Origin: Chrysomallon squamiferum
Taxonomy: Eukaryota > Animalia > Mollusca
Assembly: GCA_012295275.1 (NCBI GenBank)
Contig: CM022673.1
Span: 10,540,001 to 10,604,000 of the forward strand
Direction of reading: 5' to 3'
Length of the DNA stretch: 64,000 nt
The position numbers were made by a program, and so were the translations under genes. Positions 15,555 to 27,785 of the stretch are shown here, in pieces. Positions within the stretch are counted from its first letter, which is position 1. Each line of letters starts with the position of its first letter. Under the pieces are notes generated by a model, which had not been told where the DNA came from, did no database searches, and saw nothing but the letters and a program-made list of their open reading frames with translations.

Positions 15555-15834
15555 AAGTGGAATATGTGATTTAAAAATTGGTTTGTCCTGAGCTGCTGAG
15601 TGGCTGTAGCTGCTCCAGGCTTGTGATAGTAATGACTCACTCAAGTTGGATAACACTGCACAAAACAATGGTTTATTTGATAAAATTTCACAGTCTGATT
15701 TGAAGAAGTGAACAAATTAAATATAAATTAAGATTAAAAATTTTAAAAATATAAAAGGAGGAAAATAATAAGCGAGTAAATTAATTGAAAAGATAAATAA
15801 AAATATAAAAAATATAAAAATTAATAAAATAAAA

Positions 15835-15865
<31 letters not shown>

Positions 15866-16038
15866 AAATAAATAAATAAAAAAAATAAAAAAGAAAATAT
15901 AAAAAATTAAAAAAAAAAAAAAAATAAAAAAAAATAAAAAAATAAAATAAATAAATAAAAAAATAAAATAAATTTTAAAATTAAATAAATAAAGGAAATT
16001 GAAAAAAACAACTAAAATAAAAAATTAAAAAGAAAATT

Positions 16039-16070
<32 letters not shown>

Positions 16071-16630
16071 TAATTTGAAAAAAAAAATTAAATCTGAAAA
16101 AAATTTGTAAAAAAAAATAAAACTGACAAAAAAAAAAATAAATGCAACAAATTAAAAATTAGAAGAAAAAAATTAATTATTATAGATTTAAAAAAAAAAA
16201 AAAAATTCTTACAAAATATTAAGAAAACAAATATGCACTTTTTTACTCTCAAGAATTAAAACAAAATACAAAAAAAAAAAAAAAAAAAAAAAATCATTAT
16301 AAAGCAATGAAATGATGTCTTTCTAACTAAATAATACTAACAACAACAACAATAATAATATATAGTTTCTAATAAAGAAGTAGACATGACAACATTTTTT
16401 AAAAAAAATGATCATGACAAATACAAACATGAAAGAAATTAATTGGATATAATACCATATTTATTTTTTCTCTGTAACAAAGGCAGTCATTGGATGAGTA
16501 TCATTATACTGTCACACATGCGTAATAGAGGAGTTGTTGTCAGCTTTATGTAAATTTCTATGGTGATGTAAAAGATACGTTAGACCAGAGGAGGGACAGA
16601 AGGGGAGAGATGGAGAGAAGTGGATAGCAA

Positions 16631-16733
<103 letters not shown>

Positions 16734-16805
16734 AAATAAATGAGAAAATAAAAAATAAAAATTTAATAAAAACAATAAAATAAATGATAATAATCTTACT
16801 GATTA

Positions 16806-16837
<32 letters not shown>

Positions 16838-17138
16838 TAATAATAATAATAATAATAATAATGATAATAACAACAACAAATAAATACAAAAATAAAATAA
16901 TTTTATTTTTTGTAATAAAACCAAAATATGATGGATTCAATCTGATGTCATTTGTAATCAATCTTTTATTTTTTATTTTTCATTTTTTGCTAGCCTTCAT
17001 TTATATGACATATAAGTGTAACTACAAGATTATTTTCTTGTTATTTTTTTTTTTTTTTTTTTTAAACAAGCTACTTTATTTTTACATGACATTTTCATAA
17101 CACAGTGGAATAATTTTCAAAATGGAAATGTGTGTGTC

Positions 17139-17247
<109 letters not shown>

Positions 17248-18591
17248 ACATCTGTATATGAAAACCAACCAAATACTAATCATGAAATAAAATAAATATA
17301 AATAAAAAATTAAAAACTTCACCATCAAAAGACAACTAATAAATGAAAAAGGAAAATCTAAAGATAACTAGATAAGTATATTGACACCCAGTTTAAGGAG
17401 GTGGTTGTTATATAAATGTTAAACAAAAAACAGACAATGTTCAAGATAATGAGCTAATGGGAAGGAATGGAGTTAGTTACTGTCTAATAACTGTGACATG
17501 TACTGATATCATATAAATAACAGTCAAACACAAAAAAACAGTTGATATAGTAGGATGTAAATATATAGACATACCTTTCAAAATAACAATTTCAAAAAAC
17601 TGAAGAAACATATTTTGGTTTGTGTGGAGGAAATGAGTTTATTTCAGAGGTAAAAACTATGGTTTGTGCCCAAGGGAAAATAAAATGATAATATCCTCAC
17701 AAAATAAAACAATAACATTCCTTATAAACTGTTTTTCTGTACATTTTAAGTTTTGATAAGCATTTTGGTGATCAAGGCAAAAAGCACCCACTTACACACT
17801 CTAGTTATAGCACTGGTAAATAGCAATCAAAAATTATTTTTTATCTATCCACATAACAGCTAAAAGTTTTTCTATTCATCTGATATTTGGTTTATATATT
17901 ACATAAAATGTACAGTGGAGAGACTAATATACAAGTAATTAAAAATTACTATTTTTCAAGATGAACCAAATTCTTTAATAATATATTTCAGTCCATTTAA
18001 TTAACATGGATTGCATGGATCAATATGTTTCCCAAAAACTGGATTCTGATGATGATGATGATGATGATGATGATATTAGTATTTAACAACATGCTTCTGA
18101 TCTTTGACTGATATGGATACTGAAAAATGATGTTATGATTTGTACATCATTGTATTTAGGCAGTGGATTGCTTCAGTTCTATACCATCTGTCTTGTAATA
18201 GTATATAATGTCAACACTGAGATCTAGAACAATAAATTACTTCTTATTATCATGACCATTTTGTATCCTGGGTCTCAGTCTGACCCATCTTTTAAGTATC
18301 ACCACAATTAATCTGAATATGGCTAAATGTCTCTCCAAAACTGTTTCCAGTTATCTAGTACTGTAGGATTTTGAGATGGATGGAGAAACTGTAAAATTCT
18401 TCATGTTTTCCTGTAGATGATGTAAATGAATTCATCACCTATTTTTATAAATTATTTCCCTTTGGTCAGGTTGCAGTAAATCAGAAGACTTTCATTTGTC
18501 TTCAAAGATCATCATGCACTAGAAATTTGTTAAGCAGAATAGTCATCAAAATGATTAAAAATTTGAAAATTTTGAAAATAAAAAAACTCAC

Positions 18592-20135
18592 CTCTTTTTT
18601 AGACTTCTCTGATCCTGTCCAGTTTTTAAGGAACTTCAGTATGTCCTCTGGTAAGGAGTCAAGGAGCTGTTCTTTGTTTTTTGTTGACTCCACCTGTTCC
18701 TTCAGATCCTCCAGGAGTGTCATGACCTTGACCCTGCTGTTTGCCAGACTTCTGCGTGGCTTCCAGTTGTGGTAATCCTTGTGTCCATTTGAAAACTCAA
18801 ATTTAGTACCTGAAGTAACAGAACAGACTGAGTACTTGACTGGTTTAACAAAGACTGAGGTATTAATAATGCATAATGTATTTGTCCAAATGCCATGGTC
18901 TTACCTGATATTATTCTTTTACAGAAAAAAAAAAAAAAAAGAAGCTTGTTTCATAGAACAGGAATAGAAAATAAAGTAATATGTATGCAAAGAATATCAT
19001 GTGCTCTTTATCATTTAATGTGTGTATATGTGAGTTTCTGTGTGTGTGAGGGGGTGTTTTGTATGTATGTGTGGATGCATTTGTTTGTGTGTCCATGTTG
19101 ATATTTATGTAGCAATGTTCATATTTCATAATTATTTTTGCAGTATGAAAAATTTAAAGCCCTGCAACTCATTCTGTTTATTCTATTTTCAAAGCTAAAT
19201 TATTTTTCTTCCTCGTGTGTACTCATGCTTTTAAAGTTTTTTGCTTTTAATGTCACAGTATATACTTCTCTGACATTAGTAACAAAAAATTGTGGAATTA
19301 ACTATGACAGATTATCAAGCTGATTTTATTTCCTGCTTCTTGGATCACCATTAGATCCCACTTCATTTTTTATTTTTTACTTTTAAACATATACATAATA
19401 TTAATAAACATATTTTCTTCCAGTAATAATAAACAATTTTAAATGTGGTGGAATTTGAGATTGGTCTTTCTGCTAATAAAAAATCCATCCCAGTTTAGTC
19501 AGTTTGAAGATTTGGATAAAAGAAATTTTAAAAAAAAAAGCAAGTTCAGGATGTTAAAAATTATAAATGTTTAATTTTGAAAATAACATTCAAAAGATGA
19601 TGCATTTTTGACATTTTGTAATAACTGTTCATCTCTATAAAATAATTATTATGTGGAAGTTTAGAAAACTATTATTGTACTTTAAATAATTTTCTTCTAT
19701 GAACAAATTTATTATGTGCAATTTTAGAATATTATTTTCATACTTGTAATATTTTTGTTCTGTAAATTATATTGTGGAATGTTTAAAAATAACTCTTATA
19801 CATCCCAAAATTAGGCTACCAAAAAGAATTATTATGTGGAATGTTTAAAAATAATTCTTAAACAATCCATAATTTGGTCTGTAAAAGAATTATTATATGG
19901 AATTTCTCAATAAAATTTGTATACATCCCCCATAACATAGCTCTATGAAAAAACAAATGATTTTTGTGGAACTTCAGAAAACAAACAATTTTTTCAGATT
20001 TACAATAATTATGGTTCTGTAAAAGAAATACTACGTGGAAGTTGTGAAAATAATTCTCATACTGGCAATAATTCCGTCCATCTGTTCTAGAGCCGCAGCT
20101 AGGACATCGCTGGCATCGAGTGACGTGCTCCCCAT
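18592..20135 (-). CDS. PPFIBP1: Liprin-beta (PPFIBP1/2-like), N-terminal coding exons; gene continues beyond the left edge of the window
   Basis: Exon 20165-20063 (ttcag acceptor, ATG at 20135, donor gtatga) encodes MGSTSLDASDVLAAALEQMDGIIA, matching the liprin-beta N-terminus (DASDMLAAALEQMDGIIA). It joins in phase 1 to exon 18809-18592 (STKFEFSNGH...VMTLLEDLKEQVE...LPEDILKFLKNW...KKE, donor gtgag, phase 0). No further constitutive exon was found down to position 1. Confidence 0.9.
19620..20075. repeat. Degenerate ~60-69 bp tandem array abutting the liprin-beta donor site
   Basis: Anchor atgtggaa-like words at 19651, 19714, 19772, 19834, 19895, 19964 and 20033. Confidence 0.85.
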
Positions 20136-22264
20136 CGTCGTGTTTTACACCAGTTTGTTTAAAATCTGAAACACTAGAAGAAAAAAGAAGAAATTAAATA
20201 TTTTTATGAGCTCTGTTGTTTAAAATTGTTTTTAGAAAAAAAAAAAAAAAAAAAGGGAGGACAAAATATACAAAAAGTAGGGATAGAGAGAATTTAAATA
20301 AAAAAAAGAGATTGAGAAAAAGAGAAAGAATTAAGTTAAGAAATAGAAAAAGAAATTTTAATTTTTTTCATTTCTGTTGTAGAAAGAGAGACAGATTGGA
20401 GAAATAGAGAGAGTGAGAGTGAAATTCTTTTTTTTACAGAGAAATTATTTAGATACTGACAGACAGAGAGACAGATCGACAGAAAACTGAAAGAAAAAGA
20501 ATGAATGAAAAACAGAATTTCAATGAGGAAAAGATAAAACAGAAAGAAAGAAGAAAGAGAAAAACAGAGAAAGAAAGAAGAAAGAATAGTGAATGATTTT
20601 AAATGTACAAATAACAAGTCACTAATTCAAATACTTCTGTCAAAAAAAAAAAATGAAAAATGAAAAAAAAAATAAAATAAATAATGAAAAAATAATATAA
20701 CAAATATTAATATGTGCATATATTAATATAAAAAAAAATTAAAAATTAAAAAAAAAAAAAAAAAACCACTCACTTAAATGGGTTAATTAGAAATTAAGTG
20801 TTTTGTTTATTTTCATTATTTCAGAAAATGGTTTATGCAGATTAAAAACAGGAACGAATAATCTGTGTCCTGGTTTCTTTTTTTTTTCACATTTTTTTCA
20901 AAAAAAAAAAAAAAAAAAAAAAAATGTGCAGAGGAATGTGACATTCATCATTTTTTTATATCTGAAATGAAATAATGTGTTTTAGTGTTGTGATTAAACA
21001 GATTAAAAATATATCTCTAATATTACTGATAATTTTAATGTGTAGAACTGTCAGTGAATGTATGTATTTGTATATATACTTATTTGTTGTTAATTATGAA
21101 ATAGGAAAACTAAACGAATAATTTGTCTGACTGAATGACAAATTAATTCCTTAAAAAAAAAAATAAAAAAAAGAGATAAAAACAAATCATGAAGAAACAA
21201 AAAAATCAAACAAAAACAACATCCCAACTTTGTATTTTGTGAAGATAAAAAGAGTAAAACAAGAGCAGTCAAATAAGCTGACATAAAAGAGATGTAATGG
21301 TTAATAAACAGGTATTTATATTACTACACAGAGAAAACATTTACTGACGTAAAAACAAAGCATATGTTAGCATCTGACCTAAATCGTTAATAGTAAATAA
21401 ACCAAAACTCAGTGGGAATCTTGTATTACCATCACTACCTACACAAATATTTCTACAACACAGACTAATACACACACTGATACACACACACACAATTACA
21501 CACTCACATACACACACACACTGATACACACACACACACACACACAATTATATATATACCTTCATAAATATATACATTACAAATATTACACATTCCATAC
21601 ACACATGCATACATTCATATAAATGTACATATGTACACAAAAACATATATATGTACAAATATACAAAAATACATGTTCATACATATGTACATATGTACAT
21701 ACACACATTCATAGACACACTCTCCATACACATTACTATATATAAACAATTTTCATACACAAACATACATATATTACACACACAACCAGACATAGATAAA
21801 TTAAACAGAAATCCAACATACAATATTGTTACTGATAGTACAAAAAAACCCTCAAAATAAAATCAACAGCTGAGAAAATCATAACCAGGTGTAAATATAC
21901 CTGCAAAGAGGTGAGAATGAGAAGTTAAAAATACACATATGTAAATAACAGTTAGCTACAACAGATATATATATATATATATATATATAGAATAAAAATA
22001 ATGACGACGATGTTGATAATAACAATATAAATACGTATATACAATAAAAATAGTGATGATAATATTGATAACAATAACAATAACAACAACAACAATAATA
22101 ATAATTGAAATAAAAAAAATAACAACAACAACAAAAATGGTACTTGTAAACAAATCAAAATGAAAACAAACCTACCTCTATACACTCTTGATAAATAAAC
22201 AAACCACAAATTCCAGCGTCACCACATCAAAATCAACAACATCAACAACAACTACTACGGTCAC

Positions 22265-22740
22265 CTGTTCTGCAGGTTCTCAAAAACATCAAACAGCGCT
22301 TTGATTACAAAGAATTCCCCTTGTGGCAAACACACACACGGAGAAATTATTTCACAACCCGCATCACAAACCCCCTCACTTCACTTTCTTCAAACGACAC
22401 TAGCTGACCGGGTTTTCCCACCACCTAACAGGACGAACTGGAGGCAGATATTTTAGTCTCACAACAACCCTTGTACCATCCTGACCTAAGATAGTGAAGA
22501 GATAAAAGAAAAAAAAAAAAATTAGAAAGTTTATCCCTTCGTCTGTATCAAATAATTACATATGTGAAGGAGACGGCTGGCAATGCCTTCCTGTAATCAG
22601 TGGTAATTTTCAGTCGAGCGTGCTGTGTTAATGTCAGAAAACGGAGAAGCCTGCAATAAGCAGGTTCCTGTAATTAAAGGGTCGGCTCGTTGTTGCTGCT
22701 GTTTTCGCTTGTGAGAGTTTAAGTAGACATCGGTTGTTTG
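22265..22740 (-). promoter_or_regulatory. Putative proximal promoter / non-coding first exon of liprin-beta
   Basis: Local GC- and CpG-richer island in CpG-poor surroundings. It ends in a cag|gtgacc donor at 22265/22264, about 2.1 kb upstream of the ATG exon, which itself starts with an acceptor and so needs an upstream exon. Confidence 0.5.
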
Positions 22741-22989
22741 TTTACAGTGAATGCTTTATTATTGCTGTGTGCGTAAAATATATCATTGTGGGTTTGTTTT
22801 TATTTTTTTTGTCTAGAAGAATGTGGAAGAGGATTTTGTGTGTTACGATGTTTGTGGTAATAATTGTTGTGTCAATGTTATTTGAATTGTTGTAGATATA
22901 TACACATGAATGAACATAGATACACATCACACTTGTATGTACATACCTATAAACCTATTTATATATATAATATATACAGACATATGTCC

Positions 22990-23029
<40 letters not shown>

Positions 23030-26000
23030 CACACCAGCACTGACATACAAGCATATGCATACATACAAAATGCAGATACAAATAGACATACATACATGAA
23101 TAATACCGATGTATGCACACATGTAACCTTCAATTATACTAATAAAAAGAAATATTCCCTCTAGCACACACACACACACACAAAAACCCACTCTATATTA
23201 AATAAAGTAAGATATCGGATAATAATTTTAAAAAAAAAGCACTAACCCTGTATGCAACAAATCTTAAAATACATGTGTTGAATATATAAACATAAAACAA
23301 CTGAAAGGTCACAAATTGAAACTGTGTCAATTTGTCTCAGTGAAATAAACAAGTTTACTGACAGGTGATTAATAACCTTGTATCTGACATTTATCATTAC
23401 ATTATGTAACAGGATATCTCTGCTTTATTATTCTTACAACTTGTGATAAATACACATAAAAACAACAGAGACAGATCAATACATTTTTCAAGCCGAGATC
23501 TTGATTTAAACAACCCAGTGTTGTTGTTTCATGAGACATTTTTTAAAATATTTTACAGTGGTTTTATCTTGTGACAAATATGCTTGTAATGTATGGTTTT
23601 ATTAAGGAAACTACCAAAACCCTTTATTAAACCCATACTCATCTTAGAAATGTTCAAAAATATATTTAACTCTGTATCCATATATCCATAATATGTTGTT
23701 CATAAAATTTTCAGTGAATAGTGCAGATAGATGAGCTTTTAGCCAAAAAAAAATGTGATATATATCTACTAAGATCCTTCCTAATGTAGCCAAATCCATT
23801 AATAATTGTCTGCGATGGTCATAATTTTCTCTATGATGGATAATAAAAACAAATATTAAAAAAAGAAATAAAGACGAAAGTCTATAAATTATCTGACGTT
23901 AGTTAAACATTTATGAAGATTTACTCCAAAAGATGTCTAATTCTGCAGAATCTATGACGATGTTTGTTAGTCAATCAACATATGTTACATTTAATGAAAG
24001 ATTTAATTAATAAAAAAAATTAAACTAATAAATAATCACTGCAAACTAGCATGTGTTCCTAACATAAAAAAAAATCTTTAGAATCCATTATAAATTACCC
24101 ATTTATTATCCATTTCTATCATCATTTTTAATTTAATGAGTTTTTTTTATTAAAGAAAATACAGAAAATAAATAACTGATCATACTATCATAGGTCATAT
24201 TAAATAAATAATAATTACCCCAACCCCCAATCATTTCTAATTTATTGTAATATATTAATTACCTTTTGTTTATCCCAAATTTTTATAATTTTATAGTCTT
24301 TATTAATTACCTGTTGTTGAATGTACCTGAATCTACTGCCATGTACATAGAGAAATCTGGAAAACATATTTGAAATTTCAGCTTATATTGCATACATGGC
24401 AGCCTACAGAAGTGAGCAGAAGTCAAAGTTTGGACATTAATCTTAATGATGTATCTGCTAGATAACAAGTTTGGCATTCTGACCAGGAATCACACACACT
24501 AGATAAGAAACTTGTACTCTGCCTGAAGAAATAGGAAGTTGAGCATTTTTTTTTTTTTTAATCAGGAAAAGATAAGTAATGAATTGAGTGAATTTTTTTT
24601 TATTTTATGGTTTTGAAAAAAAAGTACAAAATAGAGATGAAAAGAAAGAAAATAATTTGTTAAAATTATCAAATGAATGAATGTATGAATTAAAATATCA
24701 ATAAAAATTGATGAATGATTGAATGAATGAATAAGTAAATGAAATATAATCATAATCGAATTAATATTTAGACAACTTGTAAATCTATTTTTAAATGAAA
24801 AAAAAGGAATATTTTTTATGAAAGAGAAAAATAATACACATTTAATAATTTAGTAATTTAGTATAAACAATTTTTTTAAATTACAAATGAACGTATTAAT
24901 GATAATAATACTGCAAAAAAATGCAAAAAGAACAACGAAAAAAGTAAATAAAATTTAAAAAAATATATTAAACAGATAAGTCTCTTAAAAGACCCCCAAA
25001 AAAAAAAAAAAAACTAAACAAAACTAAACAAAAAACAAACAGAAAATAAAAAAAAATAGAAACATTAGACAAAATTAAATTAAATTTTTAATGATAACAA
25101 TAACATAATATCATAATTACTTGCTTTTGAAATAGATAACAGCTTCAAGCAAGTTAAATAATTTTAACATATTTTATTTTTTTCTTAAATAAAACCAGAG
25201 GAAGAAATCAGATGTATTATTTTGTAATCTCAAACATGTACTGTTCCGCTTCATTAATTTCACAAACTGACCGTGAAGATTTGGTTAGTTTAGCAATCTG
25301 TCTCTGTTTCGTATTTGTAGATCAAACGTTTGAGCAAGGTCTTAAAGAAATGTTGTCTTTTTAAAATTATTTTTGTTTAAATGCAAAAAAACAACAACCC
25401 CAAAACAACACATAAATAATAAAAACAAACTGAACAAGAAAAGGAAAAACACAAGAAAACAGAATATTTTGAATTTCTTTCTTTATTAAAAAAAAATGGC
25501 TGATTAATTTTTCAGTTTTATTTTAAATATAATTTTTATTTAGTGAGCTATTTAATGATTTTAAAATAAATATACAGTATTAAACAAAAGAATAATAGAA
25601 AATAAATAAAACAAAAATAACACTGTTTAGAATGGGGAGATATTTTTGCTTATAACGGACAAACACATTGTAAAAGAGAGAAATTTTATGACAAAAATAA
25701 TAACAGTAATAACAATTAAAAGTAAAAATCAGAAAAAATATAAAGTATTTGAATAAATAAAACAAATAGCAAATAAATATGAAAAACAATAAATAATCAG
25801 ATAAATAAAAAAATAACTATATAAATAAATATAAAAACAATTATGTAAATAACTAATAAAATATAAACAATTATAGATATAAATAAACAAATAAAAACAA
25901 ACTTTTAAAAAAAAACAACAAAAAAAACATTTCCCCCTCCAGATATACATTAACTACTTTTGAAGAGAATTAGAAAGCAAAAATATTTTTGCATTGCATC

Positions 26001-26744
26001 ACACCATCACGTTTGTTTGAAATGTTTGACTTCTTCACTGGAGCAAATAATCACACCTCTATGATCAAACACACATTTTGAATTAAACATGAAATTGTTC
26101 AGTTACACCTGGCCAGGTAAACATGAAAATGTCTTACCTTTACTTACCTCAATGGCTCAGTTTAATGTTTAATCACTGACTCTTAGAGGTAAGTAAATAT
26201 TTAATGGAAAACCTCAGGAAAAAGGAGATCAGAGGTTACTGGAGGTTTCTGTATTAAAGTAAATGTATTATGAATCACGCGACTACCGTTCATACAAATG
26301 TAGTTTAAAGACAAATTAGTATAGACATTTTGTGTGTGTATGTATAATGTATATGTATGTATGTATGTATGTATGTATGCGTATGTGTGTGTTTGTATCT
26401 GTATGTGTGTTTATGTATATATGGATGCATGTGTATATGTGTGCATGTGTATATGTAGTTGCATTTATATATGAACAGAGATGTGTATGTATTTGAACAT
26501 ACAAGTTAAACAAAAGATATATATTACCACTACTATTACTTGAAGTATATTTATTATATCTACTATTAACACCACATATATTGCAATATCAATAATTACA
26601 AAGTTATGAATTTGTTATTTTAGATATACAGAATTGTATCAGTTTCACTAAACCAGACAACTTACTGATTGAAAGAATCCAATAACAACATAATTTTTAT
26701 GAATTAAATTTTCCTGAATTTCTTTTTGAAAAATCATTCCATCA

Positions 26745-27280
26745 CACTCACATTACACTTTACATTTTAAAGGTTAACATGAACCACTGTTACATCACAA
26801 CTCAAAGAATTAAAGTTCACCATCATTACATTACACTGTACTTCACAGCTAAAAGTATATCAGTCACCATCTTTCACTTTCACTTTACAACTTAAAGGGT
26901 TAAAATAGGGCACAATTCTCTTCACTTAGCTAGATAAAGAGTTAAAGTAGACAGACAATCACAATATCACACTATACTTCATAGCTAAAAGCATTTCACT
27001 TCAATCATATTTTACTTTGCAACTTAAAGGGTTAAAATAAACCTCTACTTCCTTTATGTTTCACTTTGCAAGTCGAAAAGTTAAAGTTGAGAGACCATCA
27101 TTACATGACTCGTTATTTCACAACTAAAAGTATTTCATCATTCCATAATTTTTTTTTTTTTTTTTTTACAACTTTTAAAGGTTACAATATGCTATAATAC
27201 ATTTCAGCCTTGCAAGTCAAAGGGTTAAAGTTGACACTATGTTAATGTAACACTTGCAGTTAAGCAGTTACATGTTGACA
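26745..27280. repeat. Degenerate tandem array with ~137 bp higher-order period
   Basis: Subunits tacttcacagctaaaag (near 26839, 26976, 27115), tttacaacttaaagggttaaaata (near 26884, 27016, 27165) and ...gagttaaagt.gac recur in a fixed order. Confidence 0.8.
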
Positions 27281-27524
27281 CATGGATTACAGAGTGGGTA
27301 AAGTAAATAGTCAAAGTCTCCAGTTTCTTTAATATATCAACACTTTAACTAGACCCAGTTTACACTCGTACACAGGACTGTTGGTGGTACAAAGAATGTG
27401 GTATGTGCTGCTCTGTTTATAGTGCAGAGAACATGAATGTTTTTGTTTTTTTCATTATTGTGTTTATTGGTTGATGAAGCCATGGTAGTAAGGCTTCTTT
27501 TAATTTTCTGAATTTTGTTTTTTA

Positions 27525-27785
27525 ACAAAAGAAAGGAAATATTTTATTTAACACCATATGGAACAACAGTATTTTACTGTTATGTGACATATTGTTAAAT
27601 ACATGCATATGTTGGTGTGTGTGTGTGTGTGTGTGTGTACATATATATAGATACAGATATATATAAAACACTGCTGCCACTTCATGGGCCACTCTTTCCA
27701 GCTAGAAGCAAGGGATCTTTTACATACATCATCCCTTTTACAGGACAGTCCATACCATGATCTTTGTTGTTTAGCACTGGGTCGA
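27525..27785 (+). mobile_element. Degenerate SINE-like dispersed repeat
   Basis: Core ctgctgccacttcatgggccactctttcca...gcaagggatcttttacat...acaggacagtccataccatg. Related degenerate copies occur near 4975-5105, 14025-14130, 55130-55290, 59400-59550 and 60765-60860, and inverted near 27385-27500 and 42990-43055. Confidence 0.65.

Noticed and set aside
19620-27280. CRISPR-like interpretation of the repeat arrays (also 5190-5770)
   Set aside because: Eukaryotic context; units are degenerate along their whole length with no unique spacers, and there are no cas genes.
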